DNA from: the human T2T-CHM13v2.0 reference genome, Homo sapiens
DNA: 64,000 nt
Assembly (NCBI RefSeq): GCF_009914755.1
Contig: NC_060933.1
Reading direction: 5' to 3' (one strand)
Shown here: positions 1 through 13,746 of the stretch, piece after piece
Layout of the letters: every line of letters begins with the position of its first letter
Position numbering within the stretch: position 1 is the first letter of the stretch
Translations under genes and position numbers: made by a program
Notes under the pieces: model-generated
Databases searched by the model: none
What the model saw: only the letters and a program-made list of their open reading frames with translations
Told to the model about the DNA's origin: nothing

Positions 1-289
1 GCATTCCAATCCATGCCCTTCCACTCGTGTTGATTCCATTCTTTCCATTCCATTCAAGTTGAATCCATTCCATTGCATTCCATTCCATTCGATTCCATTC
101 GATTGCACTCGGGTTGATTCCATTCCATTGCATTCCATTCCATTCCATTCCGTTCCATTCCATTTCATTACATTCAGATTGATTCTATTCAGTTCCCTTA
201 CACTCCATTATATTCCAATCCATTCTGATTGTTTCCATTCCATTCCATTCCATTTCACTCCATTCCATTGCACTCGGGTTGATTCCATT

Positions 290-1760
290 CCATTCCATTC
301 CATTCCATCCCATTCCGGATGATTCCATTCCATTGCATTCCGTTCCATTACATTACCCTGCACTCGGGTTGATTCCATTCCATTCCATTCCATTCGATTC
401 CATTCCATTCCTTTTCTTTCCATTCCATTCTATTCCGTACCATTCCATTCCATTCCATACAATTCCATTCCGTTCCATTCCACTCCGTTCCGTTCCGTTC
501 CGTTCCGTTCCATTCCATTCCATTCCATTCTATTCGGTTTAATTCCATTCCATTCCATTCCATTCCATTCTATTCCATTCCATTGCAATCGAGTTGAATC
601 CATTGCATTCCATTCCATTCCGTTCCATTCCATTCCATTCCATTCCGGAAGATTCCATTCCATTGCATTCCATTCCATTCCATTCCATTCCATTCCATTC
701 CATTCCATTCCATTCCATTGTACTTGGGTTGATTCCATTCCATTGCATTCCATTCCATTCCATTCCATTCCATTCCATTCCATTCCGTTCCATTCCATTC
801 CATTACATTCGGATTGATTCTTTTCAACTCCCTTACTCTCCATTACATTCCATTCCATTCGGGTTGTTCCATTCCATTCCATTCCATTCCATTCCATTCC
901 ATTCCATTGCACTCGGGTTGATTCTATTCCATTCCATTCCATTCCATTCTGGATGATTCAATTCCATTGCATTCCGTTCCATTACATTCCCCTGCACTCG
1001 GGTTGATTCCATTCCATTCCATTCCATTCCGTTCGTTTCCATTCCATTCCCCTGCACTCGCGTTGATTCCATTCCATTCCATTCCATTCCATTCCATTCC
1101 ATTCCATTCCATTCCAGTCCTTTCCATTCCATTCCCCTCGGGTTGATTCCATTCTATTAGTTTCCATTCCATTCCATTCCCTTCCATTCCACTCTGGTTG
1201 ATTCCATTCCTTTCCATTCCACTCGAATACATTCCCTCCTTTCCACTCGGAACGATTCCATTCCATTCCATTCCATTCCATTCCATTCCATTCCATTCCA
1301 TTCTATTTCGTTCCATTCCATTCTATTCCGTATCATTCCATTCCATTCCATTCCATTCCATTCCATTCCATTCCACTCGTGTTGATTCCATTCCTTTCTA
1401 TTCCATTCGGTTTGAAGGCATTCCATTCCATTCCATTCCATTCCATTCCATTCCATTCCATTCCATTGTACTCGGGTTGATTCCATTCCATTGCATTCCA
1501 TTGCATTCCATTCCATTCCATTCCGTTACATTCCATTCCATTACATTCGGATTGATTCTATTCAACTCCCTTACTATCCATTACATTCCATTCCATTCGG
1601 GTTGTTCCATTCCATTCCATTCCATTCCACTCCATTCCCCTGCACTCGCGTTGATTCGATTCCATTCCATTCCATTCCATTCCATTCCATTCCATTCCAT
1701 TCCATTCCGTTCCGTTCCATTCCATTCCATTCCATTCCATTCCATTCCGTTCCGTTCCAT
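290..1760. repeat. ~1.5-kb segment paralogous to ~19590-21150 (offset ~19.3 kb)
   Basis: Shared variants in the same order: CATCCCATTCCGGATG (~305/~19607), GGGTTGATTCTATTCC (~915/~20265), TCAATTCCATTGCATTCCG (~958/~20308), CCGTTACATTCC (~1523/~20853). ORF-track pairs 833/20183 and 1198/20543. Confidence 0.75.
642..656. promoter_or_regulatory. Perfect three-unit heat-shock element nTTCnnGAAnnTTCn (first of ~35 copies)
   Basis: ATTCCGGAAGATTCC = TTC-cg-GAA-ga-TTC, an exact match to the inverted-nGAAn HSF consensus. The motif match is certain; binding is not shown by sequence. Confidence 0.55.
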
Positions 1761-1805
1761 TCCATTCCATTCCATTCTATTCGGGTTAATTCCATTCCAT
1801 TCCAT

Positions 1806-1819
1806 TCGATTGCAATCGA
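1806..1819. repeat. 14-bp perfect palindrome TCGATTGCAATCGA (first of ~30 copies)
   Basis: The sequence equals its own reverse complement. It recurs at e.g. 2723, 3707, 5957, 10749, 16011, 23661, 31444, 45006, 57977. Confidence 0.9.
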
Positions 1820-1834
1820 GTTGATTCCATTCCA

Positions 1835-2975
1835 TTGCATTCCATTCCATTCCATTCCGTTCCATTCCATTGTACTCGATTTGATTCCATTCCATTGAAT
1901 TCCATTCCATTCCATTCCATTCCATTCCGTTCCATTCCATTCCATTACATTCGGATTGATTCATTTCAACTCCCTTACTCTCCATTACATTCCATTCCAT
2001 TCGGGTTGTTCCATTCCATTCCATTCCATTCCATTCCATTCCATTCCAGTCCTTTCCATTCCATTCCACTCGGGTTGATTCCATTCTATTAGTTTCCATT
2101 CCATTCCATTCCCTTCCACTCCACTCTGGTTGATTCCATTCCTTTCCATTCCACTCGAATGCATTCCCTCCTTTCCACTCGGAACGATTCCATTCCATTC
2201 CATTCCATTCCATTCCATTCTATTTCGTTCCATTCCATTCTATTCCATATCATTCCTTTCCATTCCATTCCATTCCATTCCATTCCATTCCTTTCCATTC
2301 CACTCGTGTTGATTCCATTGCTGTCTATTCCATTCGGTTTGAAGGCATTCCATTCCATTCCATTCCATTCCATTCCATTCCATTCCATTCCATTCCATTA
2401 GACTCGGGTTGATTCCATTCCATTGCATTGCATTCCATTCCATTCCATTCCATTCCGTTGCATTCCATTCCATTACATTCGGATTGATTCTATTCAACTC
2501 CCTTACTCTCCATTACATTCCATTCCATTCGGGTTGTTCCATTCCATTTCATTCCATTCCACTCCATTCCCCTGCACTCGCTTTGATTCCATTCCATTCC
2601 ATTCCATTCCATTCCATTCCATTCCGTTCCGTTCCATTCCATTCCATTCCATTCCATTCCATTCCGTTCCGTTCCATTCCATTCCATTCCATTCTATTCG
2701 GGTTAATTCCATTCCATTCCATTCGATTGCAATCGAGTTGATTCCATTCCATTTCATTCCATTCCATTCCATTCCATTCCATACCATTCCTTTCCATTCC
2801 ATTACGGATGATTCCATTCCATTGCATTCCATTCCATTCCATTCCCCTGCACTCGCGTTGATTCCATTCCATTCCATTCCATTCCATTCCATTCCATTCC
2901 ATTCCGTTCCGTTCCGTTCCGTTCCGTTCCATTCCATTCCATTCCATTCCATTCCATTCCGTTCCATTCCATTCC
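1835..2975. repeat. ~1.1-kb near-identical duplication with ~5080-6210 (offset ~3244)
   Basis: Variants seen only in these two copies: GTACTCGATTTGATTCCATTCCATTGAATTCC (1872/5116), GAATGCATTCCCTCC (2157/5401), GCTGTCTATTCC (2320/5559), TAGACTCGGG (2399/5638). ORF pairs 1985/5229 and 2130/5374. Confidence 0.88.
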
Positions 2976-5900
2976 ATTACATTCGGATTGATTATATTCA
3001 ATTCCCTCACACTCCATTACATTCCATTCCATTCGGGTAGTTTCCATTCCATTCCATTCCATTCCTCTCCATTCCATTGTACTCGGGTTGATTCCATTCC
3101 ATTGCATTACATTCCATTCCATTCAATTCCTTTCCGTTCCATTCCATTCCATTACATTCAGATTGATTCTGTTCAACTCCCTTACTCTCCATTATATTCC
3201 ATTCCATTCGGGTTGTTCCATTCCATTCCATTCCATTCCACTCCATTCCATTGCACTCGGGTTTATTCCATTCCATTCCATTCCATTCCATTCCATTCAA
3301 TTCCATTCCATTACAATTCGTTCCATTCCATTCTATTCCGTACCATTCCATTCGATTCCATACCATTCAATTCCATTCCATTACGTTCCATTCCGTTCCA
3401 TTCCATACCATTCCATTCTATTCGGATTAATTCCATTCCATTCCATTCCATTCTATTCCATTCCATTGCAATCGAGTTGAATCCGTTGCATTTCATTCCA
3501 TTCCAATCCATTCCATTCCATTCCGGAAGATTCCATTCCATTGCATTCCATTCCATTCCATTCCCCTGCACTCGCGTTGATTCCATTCCATTCCATTCCA
3601 TTCCATTCCATTCCGTTCCGTTCCGTTCCATTCCTTTCCATTCCATTCCGTTCCGTTCCATTCCATTCCATTCCATTCTATTCTGGTTAATTCCATTCCA
3701 TTCCATTCGATTGCAATCGAGTTGATTCCATTCCATTCCATTCCATTCCATTCCATTCCATTCCATTCCTTTCCATTACATTACGGATGATTCCATTCCA
3801 TTGCATTCCATTCCATTCCATTCCCCTGTACTCGGGTTGATTCCATTCCATTCCATTCCAATCCATGCCATTCCACTCGTGTTGATTCCATTCTTTCCAT
3901 TCCATTCAAGTTGAATCCATTCCATTGCATTCCATTCCATTCGATTCCATTCGATTGCACTCGGGTTGATTCCATTCCATTGCATTCCATTCCATTCCAT
4001 TCCATTCCATTCCATTCCATTCCATTCCGTTCCATTCCATTTCATTACATTCAGATTGATACTATTCAATTCCCTTACACTGCATTATATTCCAATCCAT
4101 TCTGGTTGTTTCCATTTCATTCCATTCCATTTCACTCCATTCCATTGCACTCGGGTTGATTCCATTCCATTCCATTCCATTGCATTCCATTCCATTCCAT
4201 TCCGGATGATTCCATTCCATTGCATTCCATTCCATTCCATTACATTCCGTTCCATTCCATTCCATTCCATTCGGATTGATTCTATTCAATTCCCTTACAC
4301 TCCATTACATTCCATTCCATTCGGGTAGTTTCCATTCCATTCCATTCCATTCTTCTCCATTCTATTGCACTCGGGTTGATTCCATTCCATTCCATTCCAT
4401 TCCATTCCATTCCATTACATTACATTACATTACATTCCGTTCCATTGTACTCGGGTTGATTCCATTCCATTTCATTCCATTCCATTCCATTCCATTCCAT
4501 TCCGTTCCATTCCATTACATTCGGATTGATTCTATACAACTCCCTTACTCTCCATTACATTCCATTCCATTCGGGTTGTTCCATTCCATTCCATTCCATT
4601 CCACTCCATTCCATTGCACACGGGTTGATTCCATTCCATTCCATTCCATTCCATTCCATTCCATTGCGTTCCATCCCATTCCGGATGATTCCATTCCATT
4701 GCATTCCGTTCCATTACATTACCCTGCACTCGGGTTGATTCCATTCCATTCCATTCCATCCCATTCGATTCCATTCCATTCCAATTCTTCCCATTCCATT
4801 CTATTCCGTACCATTCCATTCCATTCCATACAATTCCATTCCATTCCATTCCACTCCGTTCCGTTGCGTTGCGTTCCGTTCCGTTCCGTTCCATTCCATT
4901 CCATTCCATTCTATTCGGTTTAATTCCATTCCATTCCATTCCATTCCATTCTATTCCATTCCATTGCAATCGAGTTGAATCCATTGCATTCCATTCCATT
5001 CCATTCCATTCCATTCCATTCCATTCCATTGTACTCGGGTTGATTCCATTCCATTGCATTCCATTCCATTCCATTCCATTCCATTCCATTCCATTCCATT
5101 CCGTTCCATTCCATTGTACTCGATTTGATTCCATTCCATTGAATTCCATTCCATTCCATTCCATTCCATTCCGTTCCATTCCATTCCATTACATTCGGAT
5201 TGATTCTTTTCAACTCCCTTACTCTCCATTACATTCCATTCCATTCGGGTTGTTCCATTCCATTCCATTCCATTCCATTCCATTCCATTCCAGTCCTTTC
5301 CATTCCATTCCACTCGGGTTGATTCCATTCTATTAGTTTCCATTCCATTCCATTCCCTTCCATTCCAGTCTGGTTGATTCCATTCCTTTCCATTCCACTC
5401 GAATGCATTCCCTCCTTTCCACTCGGAACGATTCCATTCCATTCCATTCCATTCCATTCCATTCTATTTCGTTCCATTCCATTCTATTCCATATCATTCC
5501 TTTCCATTCCATTCCATTCCATTCCATTCCTATCCATTCCACTCGTGTTGATTCCATTGCTGTCTATTCCATTCGGTTTGAAGGCATTCCATTCCATTCC
5601 ATTCCATTCCATTCCATTCCATTCCATTCCATTCCATTAGACTCGGGTTGATTCCATTCCATTGCATTCCATTCCATTCCATTCCATTCCATTCCGTTGC
5701 ATTCCATTCCATTACATTCGGATTGATTCTATTCAACTCCCTTACTCTCCATTACATTCCATTCCATTCGGGTTGTTCCATTCCATTTCATTCCATTCCA
5801 CTCCATTCCCCTGCACTCGCGTTGATTCCATTCCATTCCATTCCATTCCATTCCATTCCGTTCCGTTCCATTCCATTCCATTCCATTCCATTCCATTCCG

Positions 5901-7900
5901 TTCCGTTCCATTCCATTCCATTCCATTCTATTCGGGTTAATTCCATTTCATTCCATTCGATTGCAATCGAGTTGATTCCATTCCATTTCATTCCATTCCA
6001 TTCCATTCCATTCCATACCATTCCTTTCCATTCCATTACGGATGATTCCATTCCATTGCATTCCATTCCATTCCATTCCCCTGCACTCGCGTTGATTCCA
6101 TTCCATTCCATTCCATTCCATTCCATTCCATTCCATTCCGTTCCGTTCCGTTCCGTTCCATTCCATTCCATTCCATTCCATTCCATTCCGTTCCATTCCA
6201 TTCCATTCCATTCTATTCTGGTTAATTCCATTCCATTCCATTCGATTGCAATCTAGTTGATTCCATTCCATTAAATTGCATTCCATTCCATTCCATTCCT
6301 TTCCATTCCATTACGGATGATTCCATTCCATTGCATTCCATTCCATTCCATTCCCCTGTACTCGGGTTGATTCCATTCCATTCCATTCCAATCCATGCCA
6401 TTCCACTCCTGTTGATTCCATTCTTTCCATTCCATTCAAGTTGAATCCATTCTATTGCATTCCATTCCATTCGATTCCATTCGATTGCACTTGGGTTGAT
6501 TCCATTCCATTGCATTCCATTCCATTCCATTCTATTCCATTCCATTCCGTTCCATTCCATTCCATTACATTCGGATTGATTCTATTCAACTCCCTTACTC
6601 TCCATTACATTCCATTCCATTCGGGTTGTTCCATTCCATTCCATTGCATTCCACTCCATTCCATTGCACTGGGGTTGATTCCATTCCATGCCATTCCATT
6701 CCATTCCATTCCATTCCGGAAGATTCCATTCCATTGCATTCCATTCCATTCCATTCCCCTACACTCGCGTTGATTCCATTCCATTCCATTCTATTCCATT
6801 CCATTCCCTTCCTTTCCGTTCCATTCCATTCCATTCCATTCCATTCCATTCCGTTCCGTTCCCTTCCATTCCATTCCATTCCATTCTATTCGGGTTAATT
6901 CCATTCCATTCAATTCGATTGCAATCGAGTTGATTCCATTCCATTCCATTCCATTCCATTCCTTTCCATTCCATTACGGATGATTCCATTACATTGCATT
7001 CCATTCCATTCCATTCCCCTGTACTCGGGTTGATTCCATTCCATTCCATTCCAATCCTTGCCATTCCACTCGTGTTGATTCCATTCTTTCCATTCCATTC
7101 AAGTTGAATCCATTCCATTGCATTCCATTCCATTCGATTCCATTCGATTGCACTCGGGTTGATTCCATTCCATTGCATTCCATTCCATTCCATTCCATTC
7201 CATTCCATTCCGTTCCATTCCATTTCATTACATTCAGATTGATTCTATTCAATTCCCTTACACTCCATTATATTCAAATCCATTCTGGTTGTCTCCATTC
7301 CATTCCATTCCATTTCACTCCATTCCATTGCACTCGGGTTGATTCCATTCCATTCCATTCCATTGCATTCCATTCCATTCCATTCCGGATGATTCCATTC
7401 CATTGCATTCCATTCCATTCCACTCCCCTGCACTCGGGTTGAATCCATTCCATTCCATTACATTACATTCCGTTCCATTCCATTCCATTCCATTCCATTC
7501 CATTCGGTTTGATTCTATTCAATTCCCTTACACTCCATTACATTCCATTCCATTCGGGTAGATTCCATTCCATTCCATTCCATTCGGGTAGTTTCAATTC
7601 CATTCCATTCCATTCCTCTCCATTCCGTTGCACTCGGGTTGATTCCATTCCATTCCATTCCATTCCATTCAATTCCATTACATTACATTACATTCCGTTC
7701 CATTGTACTCGGGTTGATTCCATTCCATTGCATTCCATTCCATTCTATTCCATTCCATTACATTCCATTCCATTCCATTACATTCGGATTGATTCTATTC
7801 AACTCCCTTACTCTCCATTACATTCCATTCCATTCGGGTTGTTCCATTCCATTCCATTCCATTCCATTCCATTCCATTCCATTCCAATCCATTCCATTCC
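2975..7900. repeat. ~5-kb segment paralogous to ~25640-30480 (offset ~22.6-22.9 kb, with internal indels)
   Basis: Collinear diagnostic variants: GATTATATTCAATTCCC (2990/25652), ATACTATTCAATT (4059/26737), CCGTTGCGTT (4861/27588), CGGGTTGAATCC (7435/30062), TTCGGTTTGATTCT (7503/30125), doubled GGTAG module (7551-7595/30173-30217). ORF pairs 2988/25650, 3911/26588, 7104/29731, 7509/30131. Confidence 0.8.
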
Positions 7901-10900
7901 ATTCCATTCCATTCCACTCGAGTTGATTTCATTCCATTCCTTTCCATTCCATTCCATTCCTTTCCACTCGTGTTGATTCCATTCCATTCCATTCCATTGC
8001 ATTCCATTCCATTCCATTCCATTCCATTCCATTCCATTCCATTCCGTTCCATTCAATTTCATTACATTCAGATTGATTCTATTCAATTCCCTTACACTCC
8101 ATTATATTCCAATCCATTCTGGTTGTTTCCATTCCATTCCATTCCATTTCACTCCATTCCATTGCACTCGGGTTGATTCCATTCCATTCCATGCCATTGC
8201 ATTCCATTCCATTCCATTCCGGATGATTCCTTTCCATTGCATTCCATTCCATTCCATTCCCCTGCACTCGGGTTGATTCCATTCCATTCCATTCCATTAC
8301 ATTCCGTTCGATTCCATTCCATTCCATTCGGATTGATTCTATTCAGTTCCCTTACACTCCATTACATTCCATTCCATTCGGGTAGTTTCCATTCCATTCC
8401 ATTCCATTCCTCTCCATTCCATTGCACTCGGGTTGATTCCATTCCATTCCATTCCATTCCATTCCATTACATTCCATTCCATTCCATTCCGTTCCATTGT
8501 ACTCGGGTTGTTCCATTCCATTCCATTCCATTCCACTCCAATCCATTCCATTCCATTCCATTCCATTCCATTCCATTCCATTCCATTCCATTGTACTCGG
8601 ATTGATTCCATTCCATTGCATTCCATTCCATTCCATTCCGTTGCATTCCATTCCATTACATTCGGATTGATTCTATTCAACTCCCTTACTCTCCATTACA
8701 TTCCCTTCCATTCGGGTTGTTCCATTCCATTCCATTCCATTCCACTCCATTCCATTGCACTCGGGTTGATTCCATTCCATTCCATTCCATTCCATTCCAT
8801 TCAATTCCATTCCATTACAATTCGTTCCATTCCATTCTATTCCATACCATTCCATTCCATTCCATACCATTCCATTCCATTCCATTCCATTCCATTCGGT
8901 TCCATTGCGTTCCATTCCATTCCATTCCATTCTATTCGGGTTAATTCCATTCCATTCCATTCTATTCCATTCCATTCTATTCCATTCCATTGCAATCGAG
9001 TTGAATCCATTGCATTTCATTCCATTCCATTCCATTCCATTCCATTCCGGAACATTCCATTCCATTGCATTCCATTCCATTCCATTCTCCTGAACTCGCG
9101 TTGATCCCATTCCATTCCATTCCATTCCATTCCATTCCGTTCCATTCCATTCCATTCCATTCCATTCCATTCCATTCCATTCCGGAAGATTCCATTCCAT
9201 TGCATTCCATTCCATTCCATTCCATTCCATTCCATTCCATTCCATTGTACTCGGGTTGATTCCATTCCATTGCATTCCATTCCATTCCATTCCATTCCCT
9301 TCCATTCCATTCCATTACATTCGGATTGATTCTATTCAACTCCCTTACTCTCCATTACATTCCATTCAATTCGGGTTGTTCCATTCCATTCCATTCCATT
9401 CCACTCCATTCCATTGCACTCGGGTTGATTCCATTCCATTCCATTCCATTCCATTCCGGATGATTCCATTCCATTGCATTCCGTTCCATTACATTCCCCT
9501 GCACTCGGGTTGATACCATTCCATTCCATTCCATTCCATTCGATTCCATTCCATTCCCCTGCACTCGCGTTGATTCCATTCCATTCCATTCCATTCCATT
9601 CCATTCCATTCCATTCCATTCCATTCCATTCCATTCCTTTCCATTCCAGTCCTTTCCATTCCATTCCACTCGGGTTGATTCCATTCTATTACTTTCCATT
9701 CCATTCCATTCCCTTCCATTCCACTCTGGTTGATTCCATTCCTTTCCATTCCACTCGAATACATTCCCTCCTATTCCAATCGGAAAGATTCCATGCCATT
9801 CCCTTCCATTCCATTCCATTCCATTCCATTCCATTTCGTTCCATTCCATTCTATTCCGTATCATTCCATTCCATTCCATTCCGTTCCATTCCATTCCATT
9901 CCATTCCATTCCACTCGTGTTGATTCCATTCCTTTCCATTCCATTCGGTTTGAAGGCATTCCATTCCATTCCATTCCATTCCATTCCATTCCATTCCATT
10001 CCATTCCATTCCATTCCATTGTACTCGGGTTGATTCCATTCCATTGCATTCCATTCCATTCCATTCCATTCCATTCCGTTGCATTCCATTCCATTACATT
10101 CGGATTGATTCTATTCAACTCCCTTACTCTCCATTACATTCCATTCCATTCGGGTTGTTCCATTCCATTCCATTCCATTCCACTCCATTCCATTGCACTT
10201 GGGTTGAATCCATTCCATTCCATTCCATTCCATTCCATTCCGGAAGATTCCATTCCATTGCATTCCGTTCCATTACATTCCCCTGCACTCGCGTTGATTC
10301 CATTCCATTCCATTCAATTCCATTCCATTACAATTCATTCCATTCCATTCTATTCCGTACCATTCCATTCCATTCCATACCATTCCATTCCATTCCATTC
10401 CGTTCCATTCCGTTCCATTCCATTCCATTCCTTTCTATTCGGGTTAATTCCATTGCATTCCATTCCATTCCATTCCATTCTATTCCCTTCCATTGCAATC
10501 GAGTTGAATCCATTGCATTTCATTCCATTCCATTCCATTCCGAAAGATTCCATTCCATTGCATTCCATTCCATTCCATTCCCCTGCACTCGCGTTGATTC
10601 CATTCCATTCCATTCCATTCCATTCCATTCCATTCCATTCCGTTCCGTTCCGTTCCGTTCCATTCCATTCCATTCCATTCCATTCCATTCCGTTCCGTTC
10701 CATTCCATTCCATTCCATTCTATTCGGGTTAATTCCATTCCATTCCATTCGATTGCAATCGAGTTGATTCCATTCCATTCCATTCCATTCCATTCCATTC
10801 CTTTCCATTGCATTACGGATGATTCCATTCCATTGCATTCCATTCCATTCCATTCCCCTGTACTCGGGTTGATTCCATTCCATTCCATTCCAATCCATGC

Positions 10901-12909
10901 CATTCCACTCGTGTTGATTCCATTCTTTCCATTCCATTCAAGTTGAATCCATTCCATTGCATTCCATTCCATTCGATTCCATTCGATTGCACTCGGGTTG
11001 ATTCCATTCCATTGCATTCCATTCCATTCCATTCAATTCCATTCCGTTCCATTCCATTCCATTACATTCGGGTTGATTCTATTTAACTCCCTTACTCTCC
11101 ATTACATTAAATTCCATTCGGGTTGTTCCATTCCATTCCATTCCATTCCACTCCATTCCATTGCACTCGGGTTCATTCCATTCCATTCCATTCCATTCCA
11201 TTCCATTCCATTCCATTCCGGATGATTCCATTCCATTGCATTCCATTCCATTCCATTCCCCTGCACTCGCGTTGATTCCATTCCATTCCATTCTATTCCA
11301 TTCCATTCCCTTCCTTTCCGTTCCATTCCATTCCATTCCATTCCATTCCATTCCATTCCGTTCCGTTCCATTCCATTCCATTCCATTCTATTCGGGTTAA
11401 TTCCATTCCATTCCATTTGATTGCAATCGAGTTGATTCCATTCCATTCCATTCCATTCCATTCCATTCCATTCCATTCCATTCCATTCCTTTCCATTCCA
11501 TTACGAATGATTCCATTCCATTGCATTCCATTCCATTCCATTCCCCTGTACTCGGGTTGATTCCATTCCATTCCATTCCAATCCTTGCCATTCCACTCGT
11601 GTTGATTCCATTCTTTCCATTCCATTCAAGTTGAATCCATTCCATTGCATTCCATTCCATTCGATTCCATTCGATTGCACTCGGGTTGATTCCATTCCAC
11701 TGCATTCCATTCCATTCCATTCCATTCCATTCCATTCCATTCCGTTCCATTCCTTTTCATTACATTCAGATTGATTCTATTCAATTCCCTTACACTCCAT
11801 TATATTCCAATCCATTCTGGTTGTTTCCATTCCATTCCATTCCATTTCACTCCATTCCATTGCACTCGGGTTGATTGCGTTCCATTCCATTCCATTGCAT
11901 TCCATTCCATTCCATTCCGGATGATTCCATTCCATTGCATTCCATTCCATTCCATTCCCCTGCACTCGGGTTGATTCCATTCCATTCCATTCCATTACAT
12001 TCCGTTCCATTCCATTCCATTCCATTCGGATTGATTCTATTCAATTCCCTTACACTCCATTACATTCCATTCCATTCGGGTAGTTTCCATTCCATTCCAT
12101 TCCATTCCTCTCCATTCCATTGCACTCGGGTTGATTCCATTCCATTCCATTCCATTACATTCCATTCCATTACATTCCATTCCATTCCGTTCCATTGAAC
12201 TCGGGTTGATTCCATTCCATTGCATTCCATTCCATTCCATTCCATTCCATTCCATTCCAATCCGTTCCATTCCATTACATTTGGATTGATTCTATTCAAC
12301 TCCCTTACTCTCCATTACATTCCATTCCATTCGGGTTGCTCCATTCCATTCCATTCCATTCCACTCCATTCCATTGCACTCGGGTTGATTCCATTCCATT
12401 CCATTCCATTCCATTCCGGATGATTCCTTTCCATTGCATTCCGTTCCATTACTTTCCCCTGCACTCGGGTTGATTCCATTCCATTCCATTCCATTCAATT
12501 CGATTCCATTCCATTCCCCTGCACTCGCGTTGATTCCATTCCATTCCATTCCATTCCATTCCATTCCATTCCATTCCATTCCATTCCTTTCCATTCCAGT
12601 CCTTTCCATTCCATTCCACTCGGGTTGATTCCATTCTATTAGTTTCCATTCCATTCTATTCCCTTCCATTCCACTCTGGTTGATTCCATTCCTTTCCATT
12701 CCACTCGAATTCATTCCCTCCTATTCCACTCGGAACGATTCCATTCCATTCCGTTCCATTCGTTTCCATTCCATTCCATTCCATTCCATTCCATTTCGTT
12801 CCATTCCATTCTTTTCCGTATCATTCCATTCCATTCCATTCCATTCCATTCCATTCCATTCCACTCGTGTTGATTCCATTCCTTTCCATTCCATTCGGTT
12901 TGAAGGCAT

Positions 12910-13112
12910 TCCATTCCATTCCATTCCATTCCATTCCATTCCATTCCATTGTACTCGGGTTGATTCCATTCCATTGCATTCCATTCCATTCCATTCCATT
13001 CCATTCCGTTGCATTCCATTCCATTCCATTCCATTCCATTTTACTCGGGTTGATTCCATTCCATTGCATTCCATTCCATTCCATTCCATTCCATTCCGTT
13101 GCATTCCATTCC
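12910..13112. repeat. 90-bp tandem duplication
   Basis: TACTCGGGTTGATTCCATTCCATTGCATT...CCGTTGCATTCC starts at 12952 and again at 13042. Confidence 0.85.
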
Positions 13113-13487
13113 ATTACATTCGGATTGATTCTATTCAACTCCCTTACTCTCCATTACATTACATTCCATTCGGGTTGTTCCATTCCATTCCATTCCATTC
13201 CACTCCATTCCATTGCACTCGGGTTGATTCCATTCCATTCCATTCCATTCCATTCCATTCCGGATGATTCCATTCCATTGCATTCCGCTCCATTTCATTC
13301 CCCTGCACTCGCGTTGATTCCATTCCATTCCATTCCATTCCATTCAATTCCATTCCATTACAGTTCGTTCCATTCCATTCTATTCCGTACCATTCCATTC
13401 CATTCCATACCATTCCATTCCATTCCATTCCATTCCATTCCGTTCCATTCCGTTCCATTCCATTCCATTCTATTCTATTCGGGTTAT

Positions 13488-13746
13488 TTCCATTCCATTC
13501 CATTCCATTCCATTCTATTCCATTCCATTGCAATCGAGTTGAATCCATTGCATTTCATTCCATTCCATTCCATTCCATTCCATTCCGGAAGATTCCATTC
13601 CATTGCATTCCATTCCATTCCATTCCATTCCATTCTATTCCATTCCATTGCAATCGAGTTGAATCCATTGCATTTCATTCCATTCCATTCCATTCCATTC
13701 CATTCCGGAAGATTCCATTCCATGGCATTCCATTCCATTCCATTCC
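13488..13746. repeat. 120-bp tandem duplication carrying two heat-shock elements
   Basis: 13501-13620 and 13621-13740 are identical except one base (T/G at 13604/13724). Confidence 0.92.

Noticed and set aside
643-650. TTCCGGAA as a STAT/GAS site
   Set aside because: GAS sites need TTC-N3(or N4)-GAA. The spacer here is 2 nt, which fits an HSE instead.
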